In this document: positions 28,763 through 38,894 of the stretch, one piece after another
Numbering within the stretch: position 1 is the first letter of the stretch
How the letters are laid out: every line of letters starts with the position of its first letter
Source of the DNA: Acidobacteriota bacterium
Lineage (GTDB): Bacteria; Acidobacteriota; UBA6911; RPQK01; JAJDTT01
Length of the DNA: 64,000 nt
Direction of reading: 5' to 3'
NCBI GenBank assembly: GCA_965217775.1
Contig: CBDCJH010000002.1
Span: 1,984,001-2,048,000 of the forward strand
Notes under the pieces: model-generated
Seen by the model: the letters and a program-made list of their open reading frames with translations, nothing else
What the model was told of the DNA's origin: nothing
Database searches by the model: none
Translations under genes and position numbers: made by a program

Positions 28763-30187
28763 TCAGCTTCGCACACGTCGCTGGGCGCGGATGCGGCCGA
28801 GAAGAACGGACGCTGGCTCGTCGGCGGGGTCCTGGGAGACCAGGCGGCCCTCGAAGGCGCGCTTGAGGATGGACTGGCGGAGGGCGGTGGCGCGTGTGTG
28901 AGCCCTCTTAAGGAGGGTTTCCTGCTTGGCGCAGTCCCTCAATCGCTTGTCAACCTCCGTCGCGATCACGCGTTGCTCCGGGAGGGGTGGCACAGCGACG
29001 TGGAGAGACAATACCTCGGGAAAGTAAATCGTGGTGTGCGTAGACCCCTTACCGAACTTTCGTAGCGCTTTCGGATCCGCGAGAAAGACGATCTGCAGCC
29101 ACTTGGTGTCCAAGCCCTCGGTACAGATCCAATTTACGAAGTCCTGGCTCGTTGCCATTGGCCGACCAAGCACTACCACATATCCAACCGAGGCAGTCCG
29201 GCTGAGACAAACCGTATTGGCTGGGAGGAGACGCGCCGCCGAGTTTGCGAGCCCGGCTTCGTTGGTCATTTGCAGGGTCTTGTGGATCGTGCCGCCGTGA
29301 TGCGCTCTCGCGTCCTTGATGCCAACCCACGGGACATCTCCATCCCACCAGTCTGGCCGCCGCCGACTCGGCGTGTGACCGCTCTCCAGTCTTGCCAGGT
29401 CTACCAAGGGTGCCCAGCACCAAGAGCTTGGAAGGGGTAGCCCGGTGGCTCCCAATGACAATGCTGAGTGGCCTGCGACCACACCTCTGAATCTAGTGCC
29501 GTAGCGGTTGGGACGCTGGGGTGTCGGCGTCCTCTTCACGAGTTCCTCGCCGGTCTCGCCGGGTGGGTTCTCGCTACGCCAACGCTCAGTCAGCCTGCCC
29601 TCGACCGCCGCCTTCAGGACGGACGCGCGGTAGCGCTCCAGGTTGGCCTGCGCCCGCCGGATCGCGGCCACGGCCTCGTCCAGCTTCGCGAACAGCGACT
29701 CGAACTTCGCAACGATTCGGTGCTGCTCGGGGAGCGGCGCGAGGGGGATGCGCTGTTTCAGGAACTCATCTTCACGGGCAGACGGTGGACTTGTTCCGTA
29801 GGTCGGCACTTCGCCGATGAACGAATCCCGCAAGACTTGATGGAACAGGAAGCGGGACGCCACAGCACCATTTGATCTCAACACGCAGAAGGCGGTGGAT
29901 GCCACTTGACCGTGGAGCTCGGGTGGAACGAGTGCGACGTTCCGCAGATATGGTCTGACGAGGCAGAACAGCACATCGTCATTCCTGACGAGCCGTCTCG
30001 CCCGCGAGGGGGCGCGCCTGCTCGCCAAATGCCGTGCTAGACCGACGCGATTATGGACATTGTCCACGGCTTTGACGTCGATATAACAAAACGACTTGCT
30101 GCCGTCGGTTCGAGGGTTACGCGTCTCCTTCGGTTCAATCACCTCTCCCAACTCCACCTCCACCCACCCCTCCGGCAGCTCCCTCAC
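28763..30187 (-). CDS. hsdS: type I R-M specificity subunit
   Basis: LPEGWV, two PL(A/P)PLPEQ.R(I/V) conserved repeats, SVLKAAVEGRL, LRQSILKRAFEGRLV.QDPADEPAS. Confidence 0.93.
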   Translation of the reverse strand: MRELPEGWVEVELGEVIEPKETRNPRTDGSKSFCYIDVKAVDNVHNRVGLARHLASRRAPSRARRLVRNDDVLFCLVRPYLRNVALVPPELHGQVASTAFCVLRSNGAVASRFLFHQVLRDSFIGEVPTYGTSPPSAREDEFLKQRIPLAPLPEQHRIVAKFESLFAKLDEAVAAIRRAQANLERYRASVLKAAVEGRLTERWRSENPPGETGEELVKRTPTPQRPNRYGTRFRGVVAGHSALSLGATGLPLPSSWCWAPLVDLARLESGHTPSRRRPDWWDGDVPWVGIKDARAHHGGTIHKTLQMTNEAGLANSAARLLPANTVCLSRTASVGYVVVLGRPMATSQDFVNWICTEGLDTKWLQIVFLADPKALRKFGKGSTHTTIYFPEVLSLHVAVPPLPEQRVIATEVDKRLRDCAKQETLLKRAHTRATALRQSILKRAFEGRLVSQDPADEPASVLLGRIRAQRRVRS

Positions 30188-32982
30188 GCTGCCAACCTCT
30201 CATTGAGCTCGAACAGCACCGCGTCCAGATCCTCCCCGAAGACCCGGTACACGCCACCCAGACCGCCCCACCGGTTGAACGGCACGTCCTCGAAATCCTC
30301 CCGCTCGATCGCGAGGCTAGACGCGATGTGGTCCTTGATCGCATCCAGCCACCGTCGCTGATCGGACGTGAACTCCTGTCCGCCGTGCGCCTTCTCCTCC
30401 AGCCACGCCCTGTAGCGCGCCTCCACCTGGTCCGCCACGGGAACGAGCGGCTCCTCGGGCCTGAGCGCGTGCTTCACGATCGCCACCAGGTCCACCAGGG
30501 CGCTCCCGCCCCTCCCCTTCACCCGCTCCGGCTCGAGCGCCTCGTAGAGCCGCCAAAGCCCGTCCTCCGGTTTGTGCAGCGCCACGGGCGGACTCCTGAG
30601 CGCGTCCCGAAGCTCCTTCACGTGACCGTAGCGCAGTCCCGCGCGGTAGGGCCGACTGTACAGTATGCGGAGCGCCTCGATCTCTTCCTTGTTCTCTTCG
30701 AGGAATCTCCGGAAGTCGTCCAGCTTGGAGCGCGCGCTTGCGACCGCCGCCTCGCTGTGTCCGAAGTCGAGCAGCACGTCGATGGTGGCCTCGTCGATGA
30801 TCTGGTAGAGGCTCCGGGTGATCTCGACAATCGCCCGCCTGAGCCCGGGCTTGGTCAAGGGCTTGAGCGCCTCGGTCATGCGCTCGCGCTCGACGGCGTC
30901 CAGTTGCTCCGGCGTCGGCTCGTCGTCATCGGCAAGCCCGCACTTCTCCACCGCCGCCTCGTGCGTCGCCTGTGGGTCGATGCTCTCCAGCAACCGCCCG
31001 GTCAGTTCTGCGAGACTCTCTCCGCCCGATTCCCGCGCGATCCGGGCCGCCTGGTTGCCGTCCACCTGCCGGCCCAGCCGCGCCAAGCGCGAGGCCAGGC
31101 TCGACACCAGGTCCGGGTGCACCATCCCCATCGCCGCCATCTGGAGCAGCTTCTTCGTGCTCACCGAGGGCTTGCGCTCCAGCGGTGGCGACACCGTCTT
31201 GTCCCGCTCGCACACGCCCACCGCGTCGACGATCACGAAGTGCGTCTTGTCCTGCGCGTCCGGGGTCACGCTTTGCAGGTCGTCGCGGTCGATGACGCGC
31301 ACCCCGCGCCCCTTCATCTGCTCGAAGTAGCCCGCCGAGTTGACGTTACGCAGGAAGAGGATGCACTCGAGCGGCTTCACGTCGGTGCCGGTCGCAATCA
31401 TGTCCACCGTGACCGCGATGCGCGGGTTGTAGGAATTGCGGAAGCTGCTCAGCAGGTCCTCCGGCAAGGCGCCGGTCGTCTTCGAGGTGATCTTCCGGCA
31501 AAAGTCGTTCCCCTTCCCGAACTCCTCCTTGACGATCTTCACGATATCGTCCGCATGGCTGTCCTGCTTGGCGAAGACGAGGGTCTTGGGAACCTCGGTG
31601 CGCCCCGGGAAGATCTCCTTGAAGAGGCGGTCACGGAAGGTGCGCGCGACAAGCCGAATCTGGTCCGGGGCGACCACGTCGCGATCGAGTTGGTTCGCGG
31701 TGTAAGTGAGATCGTCCTCCAGCTCCGCGAGCGTTGTCTTTCTGGTGCGGCGGTCGCGCTTGGGCACATACTGCCCCGCTTCCACGCTTCCGCCCTCCTC
31801 TGAAATCTTCGTCTTGATGCGATAGACGTCGTAGCCGACGTTGACCCCGTCCGTCACCGCCTTGGTGTGCGAATAGTCCTGCACAACGTTGTTGTGGAAG
31901 AAGCCGATGGTGCGGGGACTCGGGGTCGCCGTCAGACCGGTCAGGAAGGCGTCGAAGTACTCGATCACCTGCCGCCACACGTTGTAGATGGATCGGTGGC
32001 ACTCGTCGATGATGATGAAGTCGAAGGTCTCGACGGGAAGGTCCGGAGTGTAGGAGACGGGGACGGGCTCGCTGCGCGGCAGGCGGGCAGACTCGAAGAG
32101 CGATTCGTCCTCGTTGGCCGGGTCGTACTCCGGATCGCCCTTGAGGATCGAGTAAAGCCGCTGAATGGTCGTGACGACCACCTTGCTGGCAGGATCGATG
32201 GCGTTGCCGCGCAGGTGCTGGACCGGGAACTCCTCGGCAAAGGTGTAGGCGGACCCAGTATCTCGGAACTGCTGGAACTCGTTCAGCGTCTGGCGTCCCA
32301 AATTGTTGCGGTCCACCAGGAAGAGGATTCTCTTGGCATTGGCGTGCTTGATGAGGCGGTAGCAGGCTGAGACCGCCGTGAAGGTCTTGCCGCTCCCGGT
32401 GGCCATCTGAATCAGTGCGCGGGGGCGGCCGTGGGCGAGCGACCGCTCGAGATTCCGGATGGCCTCGTGCTGGACGGGCCATAGTCTGCCTTGCGGCAAT
32501 ACCGGCATCTGCCGGAGTGTCCGGCGCAGTTGTGCCGATCCCAGGTCTTGCTGCCGGATCAGCTCTTCGGGCCGGTGGAAGGTGAAGATCTCCCGGCTGC
32601 GCGGGTGTGGGTCGAGGCCGTTGGTGAACTGGGTGACCTTGCCGGTGGACTCGTAGGCAAAGGGAAGGGGGCGGTACCGCGCGGGAATCCGTTCGTCAAG
32701 CCCTTCCGTGTAGCGCTTCGACTGGACTACAACCCCTTCGAGAGTGTGCCCCGCGGGCTTCGCCTCGACGACCCCAATGGCCCACCCGTCGGCATAGAGC
32801 AGGTAGTCCGCCGACCCGGACTTGATCGTGGTGCCATCTTTCCACTTCAGCGGAAACTCCCGAACGGCCACGCCGCGCCTCGCGTGGATGTACATGGACG
32901 CGAAGTCCTGAACCATCCACCCGCAGGCCTCCAACTGCGCGTCGATCTCCTCGCGTGCTCCCTGTTCAGGCGTCAGTGACAA
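30184..32982 (-). CDS. hsdR: type I R-M restriction subunit (EcoEI/EcoAI-like)
   Basis: ADY..VVEAK nuclease motif, MATGSGKT, DECHRS, GLTATP, QMKGRG. Confidence 0.95.
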   Translation of the reverse strand: MSLTPEQGAREEIDAQLEACGWMVQDFASMYIHARRGVAVREFPLKWKDGTTIKSGSADYLLYADGWAIGVVEAKPAGHTLEGVVVQSKRYTEGLDERIPARYRPLPFAYESTGKVTQFTNGLDPHPRSREIFTFHRPEELIRQQDLGSAQLRRTLRQMPVLPQGRLWPVQHEAIRNLERSLAHGRPRALIQMATGSGKTFTAVSACYRLIKHANAKRILFLVDRNNLGRQTLNEFQQFRDTGSAYTFAEEFPVQHLRGNAIDPASKVVVTTIQRLYSILKGDPEYDPANEDESLFESARLPRSEPVPVSYTPDLPVETFDFIIIDECHRSIYNVWRQVIEYFDAFLTGLTATPSPRTIGFFHNNVVQDYSHTKAVTDGVNVGYDVYRIKTKISEEGGSVEAGQYVPKRDRRTRKTTLAELEDDLTYTANQLDRDVVAPDQIRLVARTFRDRLFKEIFPGRTEVPKTLVFAKQDSHADDIVKIVKEEFGKGNDFCRKITSKTTGALPEDLLSSFRNSYNPRIAVTVDMIATGTDVKPLECILFLRNVNSAGYFEQMKGRGVRVIDRDDLQSVTPDAQDKTHFVIVDAVGVCERDKTVSPPLERKPSVSTKKLLQMAAMGMVHPDLVSSLASRLARLGRQVDGNQAARIARESGGESLAELTGRLLESIDPQATHEAAVEKCGLADDDEPTPEQLDAVERERMTEALKPLTKPGLRRAIVEITRSLYQIIDEATIDVLLDFGHSEAAVASARSKLDDFRRFLEENKEEIEALRILYSRPYRAGLRYGHVKELRDALRSPPVALHKPEDGLWRLYEALEPERVKGRGGSALVDLVAIVKHALRPEEPLVPVADQVEARYRAWLEEKAHGGQEFTSDQRRWLDAIKDHIASSLAIEREDFEDVPFNRWGGLGGVYRVFGEDLDAVLFELNERLAA

Positions 32983-33048
32983 GGGCGCCTCTTCTTCTCC
33001 AAAGATTTGACGGCCAAATTCATAGCACGAGGAGAAGGGTCGTTCCGT

Positions 33049-35079
33049 TCAATTTCCGGCGCCATTCCCAGGAGGGTCTGAAGCCTCCCCTTCTCCAATC
33101 GCCCGGTGGCCCGCCTCCAGAAGCTGGACGATCCGATCCACGTCGTAGACGCAGCCGCGCCAAGCGCCGCCGCTGGCCGACTGGAGCGCCGCCCAGAGCC
33201 GGGTCTCAGCCGGAAGGCGGGGATGGGGAGCGAGCTGGGGATGCATTTCCCTTCCCTCGAGGATTCGTTCCGCCGCAGACTCGGAAACCTCCGTCCCCTC
33301 GGGTCCCAGGAAGTTGATCCGGCCCTCCAAACGGCGGCGGTCGATGACCAGCTCCAGCAGGTCCCCGTCCCGGACTCGGCCGATGGGTCCGCCGGCCAGC
33401 GCTTCCGGACCGACATGTCCGATGCAGGGACCGGTGGACACCCCCGAGAAACGGGCGTCGGTGAGCACGGGCACGGTCTTGCCCCAGGGGATGAACTTGA
33501 GGGCCGACGTGACCTGATAGATCTCCTCCATTCCGGTGCCTGAGGGACCCAAGCCGGCCAGAACCAGGACGTCGCCCGACCGGACGGACCGGGGTCCCAG
33601 TCCCTTGAGGGCCCTCACCGCCTCCCGCTCCGAGCAGAAGACCCGGGCCGGTCCCCGGTGCCGGTAGACCTGTCGCTCGTCCACCAGACTCGGGTCGATG
33701 GCGGTGGCCTTGATCACCGAACCCTCGGGAGCCAGGTTCCCGGAAGGAAAGACGACGGTGCTGGTGAGTCCGTTCCGGCGGGCTGTCCCGGGGTCCATGA
33801 TGATCTGGTCCACGTCTGCCTCGCCGGACCGCTGCAGCACGCGGCGGCAATCCCGGCGGCGCCGGCTTTCCTGCCACCAGTCCAGCACGTCTCCCAACTT
33901 TTCCCCCGTCACCGTCCGCGCCTCCAGATTCAGGAGGCCCAGGCCCCGAAGGTGGAGCATCACTTCCGGGACACCGCCGGCCAGGAAAACCTGGATGGTG
34001 GGATGGTTGCGAGGCCCGTTGGGCAGTGCGTCCACGAGGCGGGGCGTGCTTCGATTGACCCGGTTCCAATCCTCGACCCGGGGCGGTTTCAGTCCGGCGG
34101 CGTGGGCGATGGCCGGAATATGGAGCAACAGGTTGGTGGAGCCCCCGAATGCCGCATGGACCAGCATGGCGTTCTCAACGGCCGCCGGCGTCAGGATCCG
34201 GGACAGGGGCAGGCTCCGTTCCTTGAGGCGGATGAGCGCCAGCGCCGACCGCCGGGCCGCATCCTTCCAGACCGGCTGTCCCGAAGGACTCAGGGCCGTG
34301 TGAGGCAAGGCCATCCCCAATCCCTCGGCCACCACCTGCGCCGTGGCCGCCGTCCCCAGAAACTGGCAGCCACCGCCCGGCGAGGCGCAGGCCCGGCACC
34401 CCATGGCCGCGGCGTCCTGCAGGGTGATGAGTCCGTGGGCGAAACGGGCGCCGATGGTCTGCACCGTTCCCGCATCCTCCCCGTTGGTGGGAGGCAGCGT
34501 GACGCCGCCGGGGACGATGACTCCCGGCAACTCGGCACAGCCCGCCAGCGCCATGAGGACGGCGGGCAGCCCCTTGTCGCAAGTTCCGATCCCCAGGACG
34601 CCCTGTCGAGTCGGGAGAGATCTGATGAGCCGCCTCAGGACGGTAGCGGCGTCGTTGCGGTAGGGGAGGCTGTCCATCATCCCCTCCGTGCCCTGGCTCC
34701 GGCCGTCGCAGGGGTCGCTGCAATAGGCGGCATAGGGGCGGGCTCCCTGGTCCCGGAAGACGCCGGCTGCGGCCGCCGCCAGCAGGCCGATCTCCCAGTG
34801 CCCCGTGTGGTACCCCAAGGCCAGCGGAGTCCCGTCGCCGTCCCGCAGGCCGCCTTGGGTGCTCAGGATCAGATAGGCGTCCCGGTCGACCTTCCCGGGA
34901 CTCCAACCCATCCCCACATCCTGGGTCCAGCCGAAGAGATTACCGCTGGGCTCATGGAGCAGCATCTCCTCGGTCAAGGGGAGCTGACCCTCCGGTCCCG
35001 CGCTCCGGGTCCGCACCCCCGACCACTCCACGCCCGACCCGACGACGTCCCCAAATGAGATCTTCTTCACGTCCCCCAC
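33049..35079 (-). CDS. YjhG/YagF family D-xylonate dehydratase (IlvD/Edd family)
   Basis: [61 protein letters not shown]. Confidence 0.88.
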   Translation of the reverse strand: MGDVKKISFGDVVGSGVEWSGVRTRSAGPEGQLPLTEEMLLHEPSGNLFGWTQDVGMGWSPGKVDRDAYLILSTQGGLRDGDGTPLALGYHTGHWEIGLLAAAAAGVFRDQGARPYAAYCSDPCDGRSQGTEGMMDSLPYRNDAATVLRRLIRSLPTRQGVLGIGTCDKGLPAVLMALAGCAELPGVIVPGGVTLPPTNGEDAGTVQTIGARFAHGLITLQDAAAMGCRACASPGGGCQFLGTAATAQVVAEGLGMALPHTALSPSGQPVWKDAARRSALALIRLKERSLPLSRILTPAAVENAMLVHAAFGGSTNLLLHIPAIAHAAGLKPPRVEDWNRVNRSTPRLVDALPNGPRNHPTIQVFLAGGVPEVMLHLRGLGLLNLEARTVTGEKLGDVLDWWQESRRRRDCRRVLQRSGEADVDQIIMDPGTARRNGLTSTVVFPSGNLAPEGSVIKATAIDPSLVDERQVYRHRGPARVFCSEREAVRALKGLGPRSVRSGDVLVLAGLGPSGTGMEEIYQVTSALKFIPWGKTVPVLTDARFSGVSTGPCIGHVGPEALAGGPIGRVRDGDLLELVIDRRRLEGRINFLGPEGTEVSESAAERILEGREMHPQLAPHPRLPAETRLWAALQSASGGAWRGCVYDVDRIVQLLEAGHRAIGEGEASDPPGNGAGN

Positions 35080-35147
35080 AGCAAGCCAAGTCTACCAGCC
35101 ACAAACCGAACTCTCGTGCAACGTCATCCACCGGGGCGAATCGAACC

Positions 35148-35395
35148 GTAGGGGCACCCCTTGTGTGTATGCAGTTCTCGATGGCCCGAAGTGTGCAATT
35201 TTCAATGGTCATTGACACAACGGCCATGGACCAACTGTAAAGGATGTCCTGATACAACTTGTAAAGGATGTCTTGATACCAAACACCTTGTGGGTGCCCT
35301 CTTTCGCGCGAGGGGTTGCCGACAGGGGGAAAACGAACACGAGGGGCGCACTACCACTTTGGAACGAAGAGGGCGACCAAAAGGGCCGCCCCTAC
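35148..35395. repeat. inverted REP pair (REPIN/BIME-like); the left REP is interrupted by an insertion
   Basis: GTAGGGGCACCCCTTG[insert]CCTTGTGGGTGCCCTC and reverse copy GGGCGACCAAAAGGGCCGCCCCTAC at 35371-35395. Confidence 0.75.
35164..35285. mobile_element. 122-bp TGT...ACA mini-element made of IS21-like and IS481-like end fragments
   Basis: 5-bp direct repeat CCTTG at 35159 and 35286; two pairs of ~20-bp internal repeats, each with a 24-bp period. Confidence 0.65.
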
Positions 35396-35452
35396 GCTTT
35401 CTTCACTTCTCTCCGGAAGGTAGACTTCGGCCCGCCGGACCGGACACGATCC

Positions 35453-36310
35453 ATGAATAACCTTTGGGCCCTCACGATTCCTTCGTTGTCTTTCCTGCTG
35501 CTGGGTTGTTCCACCGGAACCCCCCCGGGGGGCTTCGAAGGCTCCGGCCCCGTCCGCATCGGATATTCCAACGAGGCGCCATTCGCCTACTACGACAACC
35601 GGACCGGAAAACTGACCGGCGAGTCGGTGGAGGTGACGCGGCGTGTCCTGGCGGAAATGGGCATCACCCGGGTCGAGGGTGTCATCACCGAGTTCGCATC
35701 CCTCATCCCAGGACTCAAGGCCGGACGCTTCGACCTGATCGCCGCCGGTATGTGGATCCTTCCGCCCCGGTGCCGGGAGATCCTCTTTTCCGAACCCCTC
35801 TCCTGCATCCTCCAGGGAATGCTGGTGCGGAAGGGCAATCCGCTGAACCTCCACAGCTATCGGGACGTGACCCGTCATGAGAGCGCCCGTCTGGGCGTGG
35901 TGGCCGGGGGTGTGGAGCTCATGTTCGCCCGAGCCGCCGGCATTCCCGAATCACGGCTTTTCATCTTTCCGGACCAGCCCAGCGCCGTGGCCGGCCTCCA
36001 GGCGGGACGGGTGGACGCCAATGCAGGTCCGGCGCCGGCCCACCGGGATCTGCTGCTTAAACCCTCTACCTCGGGACTCGAGGCGATCCGTTCTTTCGCC
36101 CAGCCGCAGGCCTCCGGACTCCCGGCCCGCACCTGTAGCGGGATCGGTTTCCGTAAGGGGGACAAGCAGCACCTGGACGAATTCAACCGTCACCTCACCG
36201 CCTTCATCGGAACTCCCGAACATCTGGAGTTGATTCGCAGTTTCGGGTTTACGGAAGCCGAGCTCCCCACCGGAATGACGACGGAAGAGCTCTGCACCGG
36301 CGCTCCCTGA
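35453..36310 (+). CDS. ehuB: ectoine/hydroxyectoine ABC transporter substrate-binding lipoprotein
   Basis: Lipobox LLGC, GYSNEAPFAY, LTGESVE, EFASLIPGLKAGRFD, T.ELC C-terminus. Confidence 0.85.
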   Translation: MNNLWALTIPSLSFLLLGCSTGTPPGGFEGSGPVRIGYSNEAPFAYYDNRTGKLTGESVEVTRRVLAEMGITRVEGVITEFASLIPGLKAGRFDLIAAGMWILPPRCREILFSEPLSCILQGMLVRKGNPLNLHSYRDVTRHESARLGVVAGGVELMFARAAGIPESRLFIFPDQPSAVAGLQAGRVDANAGPAPAHRDLLLKPSTSGLEAIRSFAQPQASGLPARTCSGIGFRKGDKQHLDEFNRHLTAFIGTPEHLELIRSFGFTEAELPTGMTTEELCTGAP

Positions 36311-36325
36311 TCTTTTTCGACCAAG

Positions 36326-36988
36326 ATGCCGCCGCCTCTGGACCTTCTTCCCAGCCTCCTGACGGGACTTTTGGTGACGCTCCAGATCACCGCGGGCGCC
36401 GCGGTGGTGGCGCTGGTTTCCTCCTTCCTGGCGGGACTGGGCCGGCTCTCCGGGCGCAGAACGGTCCGGGGGATCTGGCGCCTTTACGTCGACGTCTTCC
36501 GGGGAACCTCGGCCCTGGTCCAGCTCTTCTGGGCCTACTTCGCTCTTCCCCTGCTGGGACTCCGGCTGGAGGCGGTGACGGTGGGAATCCTGGTCTTGGG
36601 CCTGAACCTGGGATCGTACGGATCGGAGATCGTCCGGTCGGCGATCCGAAGCGTCTCCCAGTCCCAGTACGATGCCGCCGCGGCTTTAAACCTGAGCCGC
36701 CGCCAGACGCTCTGGAGAATCATCCTGCCGCAGGCCGCGTTGCACATGATTCCCCCCTTCGGGAACCTTTTCATCGAACTCCTCAAGGGAACGGCCCTCG
36801 TCTCCCTCATCAGCCTGGCAGACCTCACGTTCCGGGGGCAGACGCTACGGGCGGCCACCTTGCGTTCCGGCGAAATCTTCGCCCTGATTCTGGTCCTCTA
36901 CTTCCTGTTGGCCCAGGTGATTGCGAGAGGAATGAGATTTCTCGAGTCCAGGTTGGCGGCGGGACGCGATTCCGGGGGTGCGGCGTGA
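36326..36988 (+). CDS. ehuC: ectoine ABC transporter permease
   Basis: YVDVFRGTSALVQLFWAYFALP, GSYGSEIVR, PPFGNLFIELLKGTALVSLI. Confidence 0.88.
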   Translation: MPPPLDLLPSLLTGLLVTLQITAGAAVVALVSSFLAGLGRLSGRRTVRGIWRLYVDVFRGTSALVQLFWAYFALPLLGLRLEAVTVGILVLGLNLGSYGSEIVRSAIRSVSQSQYDAAAALNLSRRQTLWRIILPQAALHMIPPFGNLFIELLKGTALVSLISLADLTFRGQTLRAATLRSGEIFALILVLYFLLAQVIARGMRFLESRLAAGRDSGGAA

Positions 36989-37644
36989 TCTTCGACTGGG
37001 GATTCGCCCTGGAGATCCTGCCCGCGCTGCTGCGAGCCGGTCTGGTGACGCTCCAGTGCACCGTAGTGGGCATGATCCTGGCGCTGGTGCTGGGCTTGGG
37101 CTGGGCCCTCCTGCGCCGGTCTTCCCGCCGCATCCTGGCCTGGCCGGCCAATTGGATCGTGGAGTTCGTCCGCAGCACTCCGCTCCTGGTGCAGGTCTAC
37201 TTCCTCTTTTACGTCCTGCCCGAATTCGGAATCTCCTGGTCGCCCTTCGTCACCGGCGCCCTGGGTCTGGGGCTGCATTACAGCGCCTATACCGCCGAGG
37301 TCTACCGGGCCGGCATCGACAACGTCCCGTCCGGCCAATGGGAAGCCGCCCGGGCCCTGAATCTGGGCTGGATGGAGACCTGGAGGTCAGTCATTCTGCC
37401 CCAAGCGGTACCTCCCATGGTCCCGGCCTTGGGAAATTACCTGGTAGGCATGTTCAAGGAGACCCCCATCCTGGCCGCTATCACGGTCCAGGAACTGCTC
37501 CAGACCGCCAAGCTCATCGGCGCCGAGAGCTTCCGGTACCTGGAACCCTTGACCCTGGTGGGCCTCCTCTTTCTGCTGATCAGCCTTTCCTCGGCGCAAC
37601 TGATCGGGTGGCTGGAATCCCGGACGGCCCAGCGGCCTGTGTGA
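36985..37644 (+). CDS. ehuD: ectoine ABC transporter permease
   Basis: FDWGFALEILP, EFVRSTPLLVQ, GLHYSAYTAEVYRAGI, GNYLVGMFKETP, FRYLEP. Confidence 0.88.
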   Translation: MIFDWGFALEILPALLRAGLVTLQCTVVGMILALVLGLGWALLRRSSRRILAWPANWIVEFVRSTPLLVQVYFLFYVLPEFGISWSPFVTGALGLGLHYSAYTAEVYRAGIDNVPSGQWEAARALNLGWMETWRSVILPQAVPPMVPALGNYLVGMFKETPILAAITVQELLQTAKLIGAESFRYLEPLTLVGLLFLLISLSSAQLIGWLESRTAQRPV

Positions 37645-37651
37645 ATCAAAT

Positions 37652-38894
37652 GGGGCTTATATACTAAGTGACCTTGGCATACAGTTCTGGCACCACGCTT
37701 TCCCCAACGAGATACGTTCCGGTGCCCAGGGCAAGAACCCCAGCCCTGAGAATGTTCAGGGCGGCATTGTGGTCCCTGTCCATTCCAAGTCCGCAGGCCC
37801 TGCACCGGAAGGTTTCGCTCCGTCCTGGATCGTGGCGGGCGCCGCACCGGTGGCAGTCCTGCGATGTATATGCGGGATTCACTTCTACGAACTCCCGACC
37901 GGCCCATTCTGCCTTGTACTGGAGTTGATTCCGCAGAAGCCCCCATGATTGCGTCATTATTTCTCGATTCAGCCCCTTCTTCTTCGAGCCCTTCGTTACC
38001 ATCCCTTGGATGTTCAGCTTCTCCACAGCGATCAGACCGTGCTCACGAATGATCCTGGTGGAGAGACGATGGCAGGCATTACGGTTTCGGACCGATTCCC
38101 GGTGACGGAGCCGAGATAGCTGTACGATCCGCTTCCGTCTGGTCTTGGAAATCTTCTTGCACCTGGAGACCTTTCTCTGCTGCTTTCGGATCTCCCCCCA
38201 GTCCCGTCTATTCCGTTCGATCCTCTCACCCGTGGACAGCACCGCTCGCTTGCGGACTCCCAGGTCGATCCCCACCGAAGACTCGCATTTCGGTAGCGGC
38301 GGCTTCTCCACCTCGTAGGTCAGGTCCACATACACCCGGTTCGGCTTGCGGACAATCCGCAACGCTTTCAACGGGCATCCGTCCGGCAACGGCCGGGACG
38401 GAAAGATCCGGATCGTCGGGAAGCCCTTGGGCCGGATGGCGTAGCCCCGAGCGCGCTTCTTCACCCGGGTCGCCTTCGGGTCGACGACGTCGATGGTCTC
38501 CATCCTCGCAATGGGCCGGAATCGAGGATACCCCGGCTTCTCCCCCGCCTTGCAGCGACGGAAGAACGCCTTGAAGGCCCGGTCCAACCGCATCAACATC
38601 CCACGCTCCGCCTTGACCGCCACCGACCCGAGCCCCTCCGGATCGTCCTTCCTCTGGGAGGTCAACCCCTTCATCTGATCGTACAGGGTCACGCCGCGTT
38701 GCTCGGATTCCCAGGCCGTCCTGCGTTCCTCCAGTGCAGCGTTGTACAGCCGATTCAGGATGGACCTCACCCCGTCCAACCGCCGGATTCCACCCTTGGA
38801 CAGCTTGGCTCTGCACTGGATAGTTGCGTGGACTTTCATGGCAGGAATTGTAACCCATCAGCCTGAATTCTCGGCACTTACGTATATAATCCCC
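37652..38894 (-). mobile_element. non-autonomous TIR element (IS1595/ISNwi-like ends) carrying only tnpB
   Basis: TIRs GGGGCTTATATAC-TAAGTG / GGGGATTATATACGTAAGTG; perfect 8-bp duplication AATCAAAT at 37644-37651 and 38895-38902. Confidence 0.8.
37664..38839 (-). CDS. tnpB: RNA-guided endonuclease TnpB
   Basis: LYNAALEERR, AFKAFFRR..GEKPGYPRF, RuvC-I GIDLG, RuvC-II AVEKL, YTSQDCHRCG/CRACG Zn finger, RuvC-III DRDHNAALNI. Confidence 0.95.
   Translation of the reverse strand: MKVHATIQCRAKLSKGGIRRLDGVRSILNRLYNAALEERRTAWESEQRGVTLYDQMKGLTSQRKDDPEGLGSVAVKAERGMLMRLDRAFKAFFRRCKAGEKPGYPRFRPIARMETIDVVDPKATRVKKRARGYAIRPKGFPTIRIFPSRPLPDGCPLKALRIVRKPNRVYVDLTYEVEKPPLPKCESSVGIDLGVRKRAVLSTGERIERNRRDWGEIRKQQRKVSRCKKISKTRRKRIVQLSRLRHRESVRNRNACHRLSTRIIREHGLIAVEKLNIQGMVTKGSKKKGLNREIMTQSWGLLRNQLQYKAEWAGREFVEVNPAYTSQDCHRCGARHDPGRSETFRCRACGLGMDRDHNAALNILRAGVLALGTGTYLVGESVVPELYAKVT

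Noticed and set aside
35236-35279. Two 20-bp direct repeats as a mini-CRISPR
   Set aside because: Only 4 nt separate the repeats and there are no cas genes; the pattern fits transposase-binding repeats of an IS end.
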